Notes under the pieces: model-generated | What the model was told of the DNA's origin: nothing | Database searches by the model: none | Seen by the model: the letters and a program-made list of their open reading frames with translations, nothing else | DNA from: an uncultured Chloroflexia bacterium | GTDB taxonomy: Bacteria > Chloroflexota > Dehalococcoidia > DSTF01 > JALHUB01 | Length of the DNA stretch: 64,000 nucleotides | Direction: 5' to 3' | Assembly: GCA_963703345.1 (NCBI GenBank) | Contig: OY969814.1 | Coordinates: forward strand, 2,119,998 to 2,183,997 | In this document: positions 8,447 through 18,994 of the stretch, in pieces | Layout of the letters: every line of letters begins with the position of its first letter | Numbering within the stretch: position 1 is the first letter of the stretch | Made by a program: the position numbers and the translations under genes

Positions 8447-8487
8447 GGGGGAATTGGATAACGACGCGTCTTCACGCGTTCTGCACA
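8447..8487 (+). repeat. 41-bp operator-like repeat, copy 1
   Basis: GGGGGAATTGGATAACGACGCGTCTTCACGCGTTCTGCACA. 39/41 identical to 8894-8934. Contains ACGCGT-CTTC-ACGCGT. Ends 20 nt upstream of a -35 box. Confidence 0.8.
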
Positions 8488-8507
8488 TTATTAAAACGAG
8501 CCGTTAC

Positions 8508-8536
8508 TTGACAAGCCAATAAGGGGACACTAGTAT
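8508..8536 (+). promoter_or_regulatory. Candidate sigma70-type promoter with no obvious downstream gene
   Basis: TTGACA-17 nt-TAGTAT. Confidence 0.45.
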
Positions 8537-8893
8537 TATGTTTGGTGGCGGGGCACATGTCGGAGCAAGGATGCACCCTCAGGAAAGCCCCCAGTAATCT
8601 AGTCGACTCCTTTTGCCTCGTTAGGCACGCTGGATCGTTTGGACGTGGTCATGGCGTGGTTGTTGTTCTCATTCCATTTTGCCGGCGCCGGCGATATCGG
8701 TTTCGTTGGCGATGAAGCGCTCGCTCACTTCAGCGGGCGATCCCCGGCTCCATTCCTCTCCATGCCAGCCTCGTCTTGACGATCACGGTGCGCGGAGCTG
8801 ACAGTAGCGTCTCCCCGCGGGAGCAGCTCGCAAGGAAACCGCGGTGGGGTCATCTAGCTGACTTAAGGAAGACTGGCGCTGTTCGCCACCGCC

Positions 8894-8934
8894 GGGGGAA
8901 TTGGATAACGACACGTCTTCACGCGTTCCGCACA
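8894..8934 (+). repeat. 41-bp operator-like repeat, copy 2
   Basis: GGGGGAATTGGATAACGACACGTCTTCACGCGTTCCGCACA. Ends 25 nt upstream of a -35 box. Confidence 0.8.
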
Positions 8935-8959
8935 CGATTTGCGGCACGACTCACGATTA

Positions 8960-8987
8960 TTGCACAAACCGCCGGTACTGTTATTGT
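8960..8987 (+). promoter_or_regulatory. Candidate promoter for the 9212 gene (about 220-nt leader)
   Basis: TTGCAC-16 nt-TATTGT. Confidence 0.35.
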
Positions 8988-9211
8988 GGTTGTTCTTTAC
9001 TCCGGCAGGCCCCAGGGGTTTCGTGGGGGCCAAACCGGCGGGCCATTCCAGCTTCGAAAGAGGAGGTGCACTGACGAACTAACCATTATCCACTGAACTC
9101 CGGCCAGGTTCTTTCGCCAGACGTCTTCGTTGCTCTGCGACAGGAGGTCGCGGCGGAAGGACCGGGGACTGCGGCCTGGAGAATGCCGCGCCAACGCAAG
9201 GAGGGTAAGAC

Positions 9212-10507
9212 ATGAAGTACAACAAGGATGACCGCAGCCCGAGGCGCGCTGCACGGGTCATCGGAAGACGGGGAGGAGCCGCTCTGGCCCTGGCGATGGG
9301 CCTGGCGCTGATCGCAGGGATGGTCATTTGGTCCCCCTGGGCTGGGGCAACCGGTTCGGGCCCCCTCCATGGCATCAGCTTCCTCAAGGGCTGCGCCGGT
9401 CCGACAAACGTGGGTGACCCGTACACCTGCTCGTTCTCAATTACGAACACTGCCGACGAGGCCCAGGACACCCTGACCATCACAGTCGTAGATGACTTAG
9501 TGCATGCTACTGGCGGCGACGCTGATTCGGGCAACTTGCTGCCGGGCGCAAGTCTCACCTTCGGCTTGAACGGCACCGCATCCTGCAACGTCGGCCAGAC
9601 GCTCTGCACGCTTCCCTTCGGCTCGTCTATCACCTTCACGCAGACAGCGAACCTCTACATCGTCAAGGCCACCGATCCGAACCCCTTGACCGACACGGCG
9701 AACTTGACGTGGCAGGACAAATGCGACAAGGGCGCTACAAACTGTCCGCTGGGAGACCAGACCGCGTCCAGCGGCTCTCAGTCGCCGCTGCAGACGCCGA
9801 CGTTCACGCCTACGAACACGCCGACGAATACGCCGACGAACACACCCACAAACACGCCGACGAATACGCCGACAAACACACCGACGAACACGCCGACGAA
9901 CACGCCGACGAACACGCCGACGATCACGCCGACAAACACGCCGACGATCACGAACACGCCGACGAACACACCGACTAACACGCCGACGATCACGAACACG
10001 CCGACGAACACGCCGACGAACACGCCGACGATCACGCCGACGTCGACCAACACGCCCGCGCTCGGGTGTGCCCTCAGCCCCGGCTTCTGGAAGGGCAGCG
10101 CAGCTAACCAGGCATTGTGGGATAGCCCCACGGATCCGATCGCCATAGCAGCCGGATTCTATGGTGGGCTAACCTTCCCGAAGACCAGTCTGACGTACCT
10201 CCACGTGATGCAGCTGCCCAAGGGGGGCGACGTCACTATCCAGCTCGCCTTCAAGTACATCGCGGCTCGGCTGAATGTCGCCGACGGCCTTACGAATCCT
10301 GCGTACTTGTCTGGGCTACTGGATCAGATTCTGAAGCCAAGTGGCGCGCCACCAATGACGGGATCAGCTTGCAGCGGTGGCTTCTTGTGCACCAACCCCG
10401 TAGGCAGCAATCCTGGCACCATCGCCGCTGCGGTTGGGAAGATCCTCCTCGGCCAGATCGACAACTACTTCTCAACGGTTGGCGAGACCGGCTGCCCTAG
10501 CAGCTAG
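9212..10507 (+). CDS. Secreted protein: DUF11-like beta domain, (TNTP)n linker, Cys-containing C-terminal domain of unknown function
   Basis: ATG after AAGGAGGGTAAGAC. N-terminal TM/signal. [24 protein letters not shown]. More than 20 TPTN repeats. C-terminal [20 protein letters not shown]... Confidence 0.8.
   Translation: MKYNKDDRSPRRAARVIGRRGGAALALAMGLALIAGMVIWSPWAGATGSGPLHGISFLKGCAGPTNVGDPYTCSFSITNTADEAQDTLTITVVDDLVHATGGDADSGNLLPGASLTFGLNGTASCNVGQTLCTLPFGSSITFTQTANLYIVKATDPNPLTDTANLTWQDKCDKGATNCPLGDQTASSGSQSPLQTPTFTPTNTPTNTPTNTPTNTPTNTPTNTPTNTPTNTPTNTPTITPTNTPTITNTPTNTPTNTPTITNTPTNTPTNTPTITPTSTNTPALGCALSPGFWKGSAANQALWDSPTDPIAIAAGFYGGLTFPKTSLTYLHVMQLPKGGDVTIQLAFKYIAARLNVADGLTNPAYLSGLLDQILKPSGAPPMTGSACSGGFLCTNPVGSNPGTIAAAVGKILLGQIDNYFSTVGETGCPSS
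9790..10055. repeat. 12-bp-period tandem repeat encoding (T-P-T-N/I)n
   Basis: ACGCCGACGAAC-type units repeated with third-position variation. Confidence 0.85.
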
Positions 10508-10560
10508 GCCTGATAGGACGAGGTAGAAACACAGCAGACCGAATTCTGATCAAGAAGTGA

Positions 10561-10594
10561 GGGGTGGGCCGGCGCGCGCCGGCCCACCCCTTTT
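10561..10594 (+). terminator. Rho-independent terminator of the 9212 gene
   Basis: GGGGTGGGCCGGCG/CGCCGGCCCACCCC stem followed by TTTT. Confidence 0.8.
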
Positions 10595-10614
10595 CAGTTG
10601 CCCGCACCGGGTGA

Positions 10615-10641
10615 GGGGTGCCAATAATATGTCCGTATCTG
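10615..10641 (+). repeat. 27-bp repeat, copy B
   Basis: GGGGTGCCAATA-ATATG-TCCGTATCTG. Confidence 0.6.
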
Positions 10642-10847
10642 CGTACCTCAAGCGGCCACCCACTCGTAGGACACGGAGGCCCAACAGACGGACATTACCG
10701 GGCGGGGGACCCGTCAGGCGCCGGCTGAACGACAGTCGGAGCGCTTCGGCAGGAGCCGGAGCGTTCGTCATTTCCAAACGCGGGAAAGGCGCGACTGTTT
10801 TCAAGCGAAGGTGCGGGAATCGACGGCGGACGTGAGAATCGAGGCGG

Positions 10848-11546
10848 CTAGCCGGTCGTCCGGGCCAGGCGACGCCGGCGGGCGCGCTCCAGCTCGGCGA
10901 GCTGCGAGAGCGCTTTGCGGGTGTCCGACGCGACGCGGGCACGGTCGCAGTTGCGCAGGCGGTACTTGAAGAGCCAGTACGCGAATGCGCGCATGTCGCT
11001 GTAGGCGATGGCGTCGCCCTGCGGTAAGCCTTTCTCCGCGCGGAAGCGCGTCAGCAGCTCCATTCGCCCCTTGCCGTAGATGCGCTCGCAGACCTCTTCG
11101 TCGGCCGGTCGGCAGCGGGTGGCGCACTGGGCGAAGCGCTCCTTGTGCAACTCCTCTTCGACGGCGAGCTGCAACGCCTCTTCGACGACGACGCCGTAGA
11201 GGTAGTTGAGGTAGGCGGTGTGCTTGGCGGCGCCGATGGCGCCCTTGAAGGTCGCGGCGTCGCAGTCGAGCGGCATCTGGCCGAAGAAGAGCAGCGCCTC
11301 GCGCTCTTCATCGGGGACGGCGCCGTCGAGCGAGTCGGTGAGGCGCTCGGCGAGGAGCAGCCAGTCGAAGGCTTCGCCGTCGATGAGATAGCAGTAGCGC
11401 CTGTCGCCGACGGTCTCCTCCGGCAGTTGCCAGAGGGCAACGGCGTCGAGCAGCGCGGGGAACCAGTGGGCGCCGCCGGCCAGCGCCTGGCGCAGGTGCG
11501 CGAAGGCCTCGTCGCAGCTTGGCGTGCGCTCCGGGGTGTCCTCCAT
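10848..11546 (-). CDS. Conserved-looking hypothetical protein downstream of secA
   Basis: ATG 11546 after GAGGAGAGGCGG. 232 aa. Codon usage like neighbours. No motif recognised. The longer ORF upstream would overlap the secA 3' end. Confidence 0.6.
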   Translation of the reverse strand: MEDTPERTPSCDEAFAHLRQALAGGAHWFPALLDAVALWQLPEETVGDRRYCYLIDGEAFDWLLLAERLTDSLDGAVPDEEREALLFFGQMPLDCDAATFKGAIGAAKHTAYLNYLYGVVVEEALQLAVEEELHKERFAQCATRCRPADEEVCERIYGKGRMELLTRFRAEKGLPQGDAIAYSDMRAFAYWLFKYRLRNCDRARVASDTRKALSQLAELERARRRRLARTTG

Positions 11547-11565
11547 CCGCCTCTCCTCGTCCACT

Positions 11566-14220
<2,655 letters not shown>

Positions 14221-14237
14221 TAGGTCCTGGTTTCTCG

Positions 14238-15188
14238 TCAGGCGTCCGTCTGAAACAGAGCGCCAACTGATTGTCCGGTGTGTATGCACCTGATCGCCTC
14301 GCCGAGCAGGGGCGCGACCGTCAGGGAGTGTATCTTGTTTATCTGCTTCTCCGGCGGCTGTGGCAGGGTATCGGTGATGACGACCTGTTGGATGGGGCTG
14401 TCATTCAGGCGCTCGATGGCCGGCCCGGAGAAAACGCCGTGCACGGCCGCGGCTTTAATCCCGGTGGCGCCGCTGGCGAGGAGGAGCTTCACGACTTCGG
14501 TCAACGTAGACCCTCTGTCTATTTCATCGTCAATCACCAGCGCGGCCTGTCCTTCCACGTCACCGATCAGTTGGAGCGCCTCGGCGATCTGCTTGTTTCC
14601 GGCGCGCCTCTTCTCGACGACGGCCAGCGGGACGTCGAGCTTGGCGGCGATGTTGCGGGCGTCCTTGGCGCGGGCTAGGTCGGGTGCGACGACGACAAGG
14701 TTGTCGTGGTCGGTGTCCTTGAAATAGTCGCCCAGGCTGGGAAAGGCGGTGAGCTCGTCGACCGGTATGCGGAAGAAGCCCTGTATCTGGGAGGCGTGCA
14801 GGTCGATGGTAAGGACGCGGTCGGCGCCGGCCGTAGTTATCATATCGGCGACGAGGCGGGCGGTGATGGGCACGCGCGGCTGGTCCTTCTTATCGCTGCG
14901 GCCGTAGGCGAAGTAGGGAATGACGGCGGTAATGCGGCCGGCGGAGGCGCGACGGAAGGCGTCGATCATGATCAGCAGCTCCATGAGCCGCGTGTTGACG
15001 GGCGAGGCTATGGGCTGGACGACGAAGACGTCGCGTTCGCGGACGTTCTCGCAGATGCGCACGAATATGTTCTCGTTGCTGAAGGAGAATACCTCGCATT
15101 CGCCAAGAGGCGTCTCCAGGTACCGGCAGATGTTTAGCGCCAACTCTGGATGGGCATTGCCGCTGAAGATGCTCATCTCGCGAAACAC
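14238..15188 (-). CDS. prs: Ribose-phosphate pyrophosphokinase (PRPP synthetase)
   Basis: GTG after AGGAGGGAAACCA. ...[10 protein letters not shown]..., [15 protein letters not shown]-binding loop [13 protein letters not shown]. Confidence 0.93.
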   Translation of the reverse strand: MFREMSIFSGNAHPELALNICRYLETPLGECEVFSFSNENIFVRICENVRERDVFVVQPIASPVNTRLMELLIMIDAFRRASAGRITAVIPYFAYGRSDKKDQPRVPITARLVADMITTAGADRVLTIDLHASQIQGFFRIPVDELTAFPSLGDYFKDTDHDNLVVVAPDLARAKDARNIAAKLDVPLAVVEKRRAGNKQIAEALQLIGDVEGQAALVIDDEIDRGSTLTEVVKLLLASGATGIKAAAVHGVFSGPAIERLNDSPIQQVVITDTLPQPPEKQINKIHSLTVAPLLGEAIRCIHTGQSVGALFQTDA

Positions 15189-15338
15189 TGGTTTCCCTCC
15201 TGTTCGTTCTGACCCAGACGGTCTTTCGCCGGGGCTTACCCCTCGCCGGTCACCAAAAGGCCGAGCCAGGAACCGCTGATCTTGTCATCGGTCCCGCCCC
15301 GGCCCGTGGTCCGGAAAGCGTGCCTGGTAGACGCTTAG

Positions 15339-15367
15339 ATCATAGCACAGCATAAGGCGCCCAGCAA
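15339..15367 (-). promoter_or_regulatory. Candidate promoter of prs (extended -10)
   Basis: Minus strand TTGCTG-17 nt-(TGc)TATGAT. Implies a leader of about 145 nt. Confidence 0.45.
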
Positions 15368-15542
15368 CGCGCGCGCAGTCCTTCCCGCGGCGCTTGGCGG
15401 GATAGCTGTCCCTATTGTGAACCGACGCTGCGTTACGTGCCAGAAGCGCGGCGCTATTCGCATCGGCCGTCCGGCGGCGAGGATAGGTGACGAGCCAACT
15501 CTACGGGTTGGAACGCGCAGCGTTCGCGGATTCGGCGCTGCT

Positions 15543-15570
15543 GGGGCTGTTCGGCTCCCCGAACAGCCCC
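15543..15570. other. Perfect 12-bp stem / 4-nt loop hairpin in the divergent intergenic region
   Basis: GGGGCTGTTCGG-CTCC-CCGAACAGCCCC. Confidence 0.6.
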
Positions 15571-15661
15571 ACGAAACCACGCCGTTATCTCTTCCGACAC
15601 TCATGGTTGCGTTAACTGCGCCAGGGTATAAATCACAAAAAGCATCGAAAACAGGACTACC

Positions 15662-15691
15662 TTGACAACGCCACGACGCGACTGCTAGATT
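15662..15691 (+). promoter_or_regulatory. Candidate promoter of the wHTH regulator gene
   Basis: TTGACA-18 nt-TAGATT. Confidence 0.45.
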
Positions 15692-15716
15692 GATTGTGAA
15701 GGACGCAATCGATCCA

Positions 15717-16355
15717 ATGGAAAACACGCGCCAAACGATTCTGGAGATACTGCGGCGACGCCAGCACACCACCGTCGAGGAGCTGACGCAAGAGCTGGGA
15801 CTGGCGGCGGCAACGGTGCGTCGCCACCTGGACATCCTCATGCGGGACAACTACGTCGCCGTGACGCAGAAGCGTCGCGAAATCGGCCGGCCACATTACG
15901 TCTTCACCCTCACGGACGCCGGCGACGACCTCTTCCCCCGCGGCTACGTGCGGCTGACGAATCGCATCATCGAAGAACTCGTCTCGCTGGACCGCGACGA
16001 CACGAAAGGCAAGAGCGGTGTGGCGCTGGCGGAGGTGCTCTTCGAGAAGATGGCCGACCGCGTTGCCGAGACTTACGCCGGGCGGATAACCGGCAAGACG
16101 CTGCCGGACCGTCTGGACGAGACGACGAAGCTGCTGGCCGACGAGGGCATGTTCTTCGTATGGCGCAAGGCCGACGACGGCTACCAGCTCCTGGGCCAGG
16201 GCTGCCCCTGTCCGCGCATCGCCGACATACACAACGAGGTCTGCATCCACGACCAGCGATTGCTGCGGCGGCTGCTCCAAGCCGACGTCGAGCCGCTGAG
16301 CGTGAACCCCGAGAAGAGCGTCTGCGCCTACCTGGTGCGAGAGCGCGCTTCCTGA
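15717..16355 (+). CDS. ArsR/DeoR-like winged-helix transcriptional regulator with C-terminal Cys-containing domain
   Basis: ILEILRRRQHTTVEELTQELGLAAATVRRHLDILMRDNYV. ATG 15717 chosen because the -10 box overlaps the earlier TTG/GTG candidates (15690, 15696); start is uncertain. Confidence 0.7.
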   Translation: MENTRQTILEILRRRQHTTVEELTQELGLAAATVRRHLDILMRDNYVAVTQKRREIGRPHYVFTLTDAGDDLFPRGYVRLTNRIIEELVSLDRDDTKGKSGVALAEVLFEKMADRVAETYAGRITGKTLPDRLDETTKLLADEGMFFVWRKADDGYQLLGQGCPCPRIADIHNEVCIHDQRLLRRLLQADVEPLSVNPEKSVCAYLVRERAS

Positions 16356-16445
16356 CCCCCGCATCTTCCACGCCTGTCCTTACCCTGCGTCTGAGCTATA
16401 ATTGAGCGCGTCCGGCAGACCGTTGTCGGAGCGAAGGAGCATCAC

Positions 16446-17066
16446 GTGCAAAAGGCCCAACTTGGCTTCCTTGCTTCCCACGGCGGGAGCAACATGCAGG
16501 CGATTATCGACGCCTGCAAGGAGGGGCGACTCGACGCTGAACCGGCCGTGGTCATAAGCAACAACTCGGGCTCCACGGCGCTGGAACGCGCGAGCCGCGA
16601 AGGCATCCCGCACTATCACTTCAGCAGCGCAACTCATCCGGACCCGGCGGAGTTGGACGCGGCGATCCTGCGCGCGTTGGAAGAGCACAAAGTCGATTTC
16701 GTCATCCTTGCCGGCTACATGAAGCTGCTGGGTCCGCAGACGCTGCGGAGGTATCGCGGGCGCATCCTCAACATCCATCCCGCCCTGCTGCCGAAGTTCG
16801 GGGGAAAAGGCCTCTACGGCATCAAGGTGCACGAGGCAGTGCTGGCGGCCGGCGAAAAGGTGACCGGCGTGACGGTACACCTGGTCGACGAGAACTACGA
16901 CCGCGGGCCGATTGTGGCGCAGTGCGAGGTGCCGGTGCTCGAAGGCGACACGTCGCAGTCGCTCGCCGCCCGCGTGCTGGAGCAGGAGCACAAGCTGTTC
17001 GCCGCGACGCTGCAGAAAATCGTCCGGGGCGAGATTGACCTGGACGCGATTGGCTCCTCAGGCTGA
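16446..17066 (+). CDS. purN: Phosphoribosylglycinamide formyltransferase
   Basis: GTG after GAAGGAG. GSNMQAIIDA, NIHPALLPKFGG, VTVHLVDENYDRGPIVAQ. Confidence 0.92.
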   Translation: MQKAQLGFLASHGGSNMQAIIDACKEGRLDAEPAVVISNNSGSTALERASREGIPHYHFSSATHPDPAELDAAILRALEEHKVDFVILAGYMKLLGPQTLRRYRGRILNIHPALLPKFGGKGLYGIKVHEAVLAAGEKVTGVTVHLVDENYDRGPIVAQCEVPVLEGDTSQSLAARVLEQEHKLFAATLQKIVRGEIDLDAIGSSG

Positions 17067-17138
17067 CGGCGGTCCGGGTGCGTCCGCCTCCGGCGGACGC
17101 CGAAACCACGCCGCTGCCCCGCGGCCAACGCCCCTCCC

Positions 17139-18005
17139 CTACCCTGCCAGCGGCTTCTCCGTGTAGACAACGACGCTCTTCGGATAGAAGCGGTTTCCCG
17201 CCTCGTCGAGCACGTGGTAAAGCAGCGAATACGGCTCGGCGTTTGACCGGTCCCGCCACCGATTCAGCGCCTCGACCGACCAGCCGCGCATGTAGGGGCA
17301 GGCGTCGAGCAGGAATAGGAGCGTCCAGTAGACCGATTCGACGGAGTTGCGCAGGCGTCGCGCATACACTCGCATCCCCGCCGCTTCGACGGCATGGACG
17401 ATGCGACGACGCGTGTAGATGCGACGATGCCCGAACGGGTCGTCGCGGTAGAGGTCGTAGAAACGGTAGGCAATGAACTCCGGCAGCGTGTCCGGAACGC
17501 TGACGACCAACCGACCGCCCGGCTTCAGAACCCGGGCCATCTCGCGCAGGGCCAGACCGGCGTCCGCTACGTGCTCCAGCGTCTCGGTGCAGGCCACGAA
17601 GTCAAACGCGGCGTCGGCGAAAGGCAGCCGACCGCCATCCGCTTGAGCGAAGGCCGGCAGGGGGTCCCTGTCGAGGAGATGCCTGCGGGCCGAAAGCAGG
17701 TCGCGACGGAGGATATCGATGCCGACACTCTTGCAGCCGCGTCCGGCCAGCCGCGAGAGGAGCCGGCCCACGCTGCACCCGACGTCGAGGACGCGGGCGC
17801 CGGGCCAGACGCCCAGCAGCGTGAGGTCAACGACCTCCAGGCGTCGCAGCACGGGGCCGACGACCCAGCGTCGTTGGGGAGATAGGTCGGCCGCCTGTTT
17901 CGGAGCGCTCATGCCATGCGAATCTAGCAGCGCCGCCGGCCCGACGTCAATCGCAATCGTCGCGCTATTGGCGAAACCGAGGAAATGTGCTAGATTCATA
18001 GCCAA
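17139..18005 (-). CDS. Class I SAM-dependent methyltransferase
   Basis: VLDVGCSVGRL (motif I), LKPGGRLVVSVP. Start uncertain: TTG 18005, ATG 17999 or ATG 17912. Confidence 0.75.
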   Translation of the reverse strand: MAMNLAHFLGFANSATIAIDVGPAALLDSHGMSAPKQAADLSPQRRWVVGPVLRRLEVVDLTLLGVWPGARVLDVGCSVGRLLSRLAGRGCKSVGIDILRRDLLSARRHLLDRDPLPAFAQADGGRLPFADAAFDFVACTETLEHVADAGLALREMARVLKPGGRLVVSVPDTLPEFIAYRFYDLYRDDPFGHRRIYTRRRIVHAVEAAGMRVYARRLRNSVESVYWTLLFLLDACPYMRGWSVEALNRWRDRSNAEPYSLLYHVLDEAGNRFYPKSVVVYTEKPLAG

Positions 18006-18994
18006 TGGTTCAAAGGCGTCAGCGCCGGGGTAATCACGCGCCTGTCGCCGTCCTGGCGATAATAGTCATCCTGTCTTCCCTCTACGCCTTCCACTCCTTC
18101 TTCGGGTCCGGTGGCTCCACGCGCTGCGCCGGCGGCGACTGCGCGGCGATAGTGTCGGCTCCGCCGCCGTCGGCGCCGACGCCCGCGCCGACACAACAAG
18201 TGCTGGCGCTCAGCCTGACGCACCCGCCCGATCTGACCGCCGTGTCCGCCGCCGTCGTCGCCGACGACTGCGATGAGCTTCTCTACGCGAAGGACGCGAA
18301 CCGTCGCCTCCCGCCGGCCAGCATCACGAAGGTCATGACAGCGATCGTCGCGTCGGAGGCGAGCAGCCCAGACGACATGGTGGACGTCAACATCGACGGC
18401 TTCTTCGCCGGCGACAGCACGGTGATGGGGCTGGAGACGGGAATGCGGCTGTCCATGCGCGACCTCCTCTACGGCCTCCTCTTGCCTTCCGGGAACGACG
18501 CCGCTGTCGCCATTGCCCGTTACATCGCCGGCGGCGTTCCATCGTTTGTCAATCGCATGAACGCGAAGGTGCGCGAGCTGGGGCTGCAGGACACGCAATT
18601 CACCAATCCCCACGGCCTCGACGCCGCGGGGCACTACTCCTCAGCCTACGACATGGTCATGATCGGCCGCTATGCGATGAAGGACCCGCTGATCGCCGAG
18701 ATCGTGAAGACGAAGCAGTACACAGCGAACTGGAGCGGCCCCGAGCTCTGGAACGGCAACCTGCTCCTCTGGCTCTACCCCGATGCCGACGGCATCAAGA
18801 TCGGCTGGACGGAGAAGGCGGGACAGACGCTCATGGCGACGGCCCAGCGCGACGGACATCGCGTCTACCTGGCGCTCTTCGGCAGCCAGGACCGCTACAC
18901 GGACGCCATTCGTCTCTTCGACTGGGCTTTCGACACTCTGGGAAGCACGCCTGGGGAGAACTGCGCCGCCGTCTCAACCGACGGCTCTCAATAG
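18005..18994 (+). CDS. D-alanyl-D-alanine carboxypeptidase (S11 penicillin-binding protein)
   Basis: N-terminal TM anchor. SITK (SxxK) and SGND motifs. Possible leaderless start: TTGGCG-17-(TGc)TAGATT ends 8 nt before the ATG. Confidence 0.85.
   Translation: MVQRRQRRGNHAPVAVLAIIVILSSLYAFHSFFGSGGSTRCAGGDCAAIVSAPPPSAPTPAPTQQVLALSLTHPPDLTAVSAAVVADDCDELLYAKDANRRLPPASITKVMTAIVASEASSPDDMVDVNIDGFFAGDSTVMGLETGMRLSMRDLLYGLLLPSGNDAAVAIARYIAGGVPSFVNRMNAKVRELGLQDTQFTNPHGLDAAGHYSSAYDMVMIGRYAMKDPLIAEIVKTKQYTANWSGPELWNGNLLLWLYPDADGIKIGWTEKAGQTLMATAQRDGHRVYLALFGSQDRYTDAIRLFDWAFDTLGSTPGENCAAVSTDGSQ

Noticed and set aside
8776-9096. 106-aa ORF in the protease / TNTP-protein intergenic region
   Set aside because: It has no SD, spans the second operator-like repeat and promoter boxes, and has Arg-rich composition. 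It is more likely leader or regulatory DNA.
15335-15850. 171-aa minus-strand ORF and 82-aa plus-strand ORF across the prs/regulator intergenic region
   Set aside because: They overlap promoter elements and the regulator gene, and have no SD or recognisable domains.
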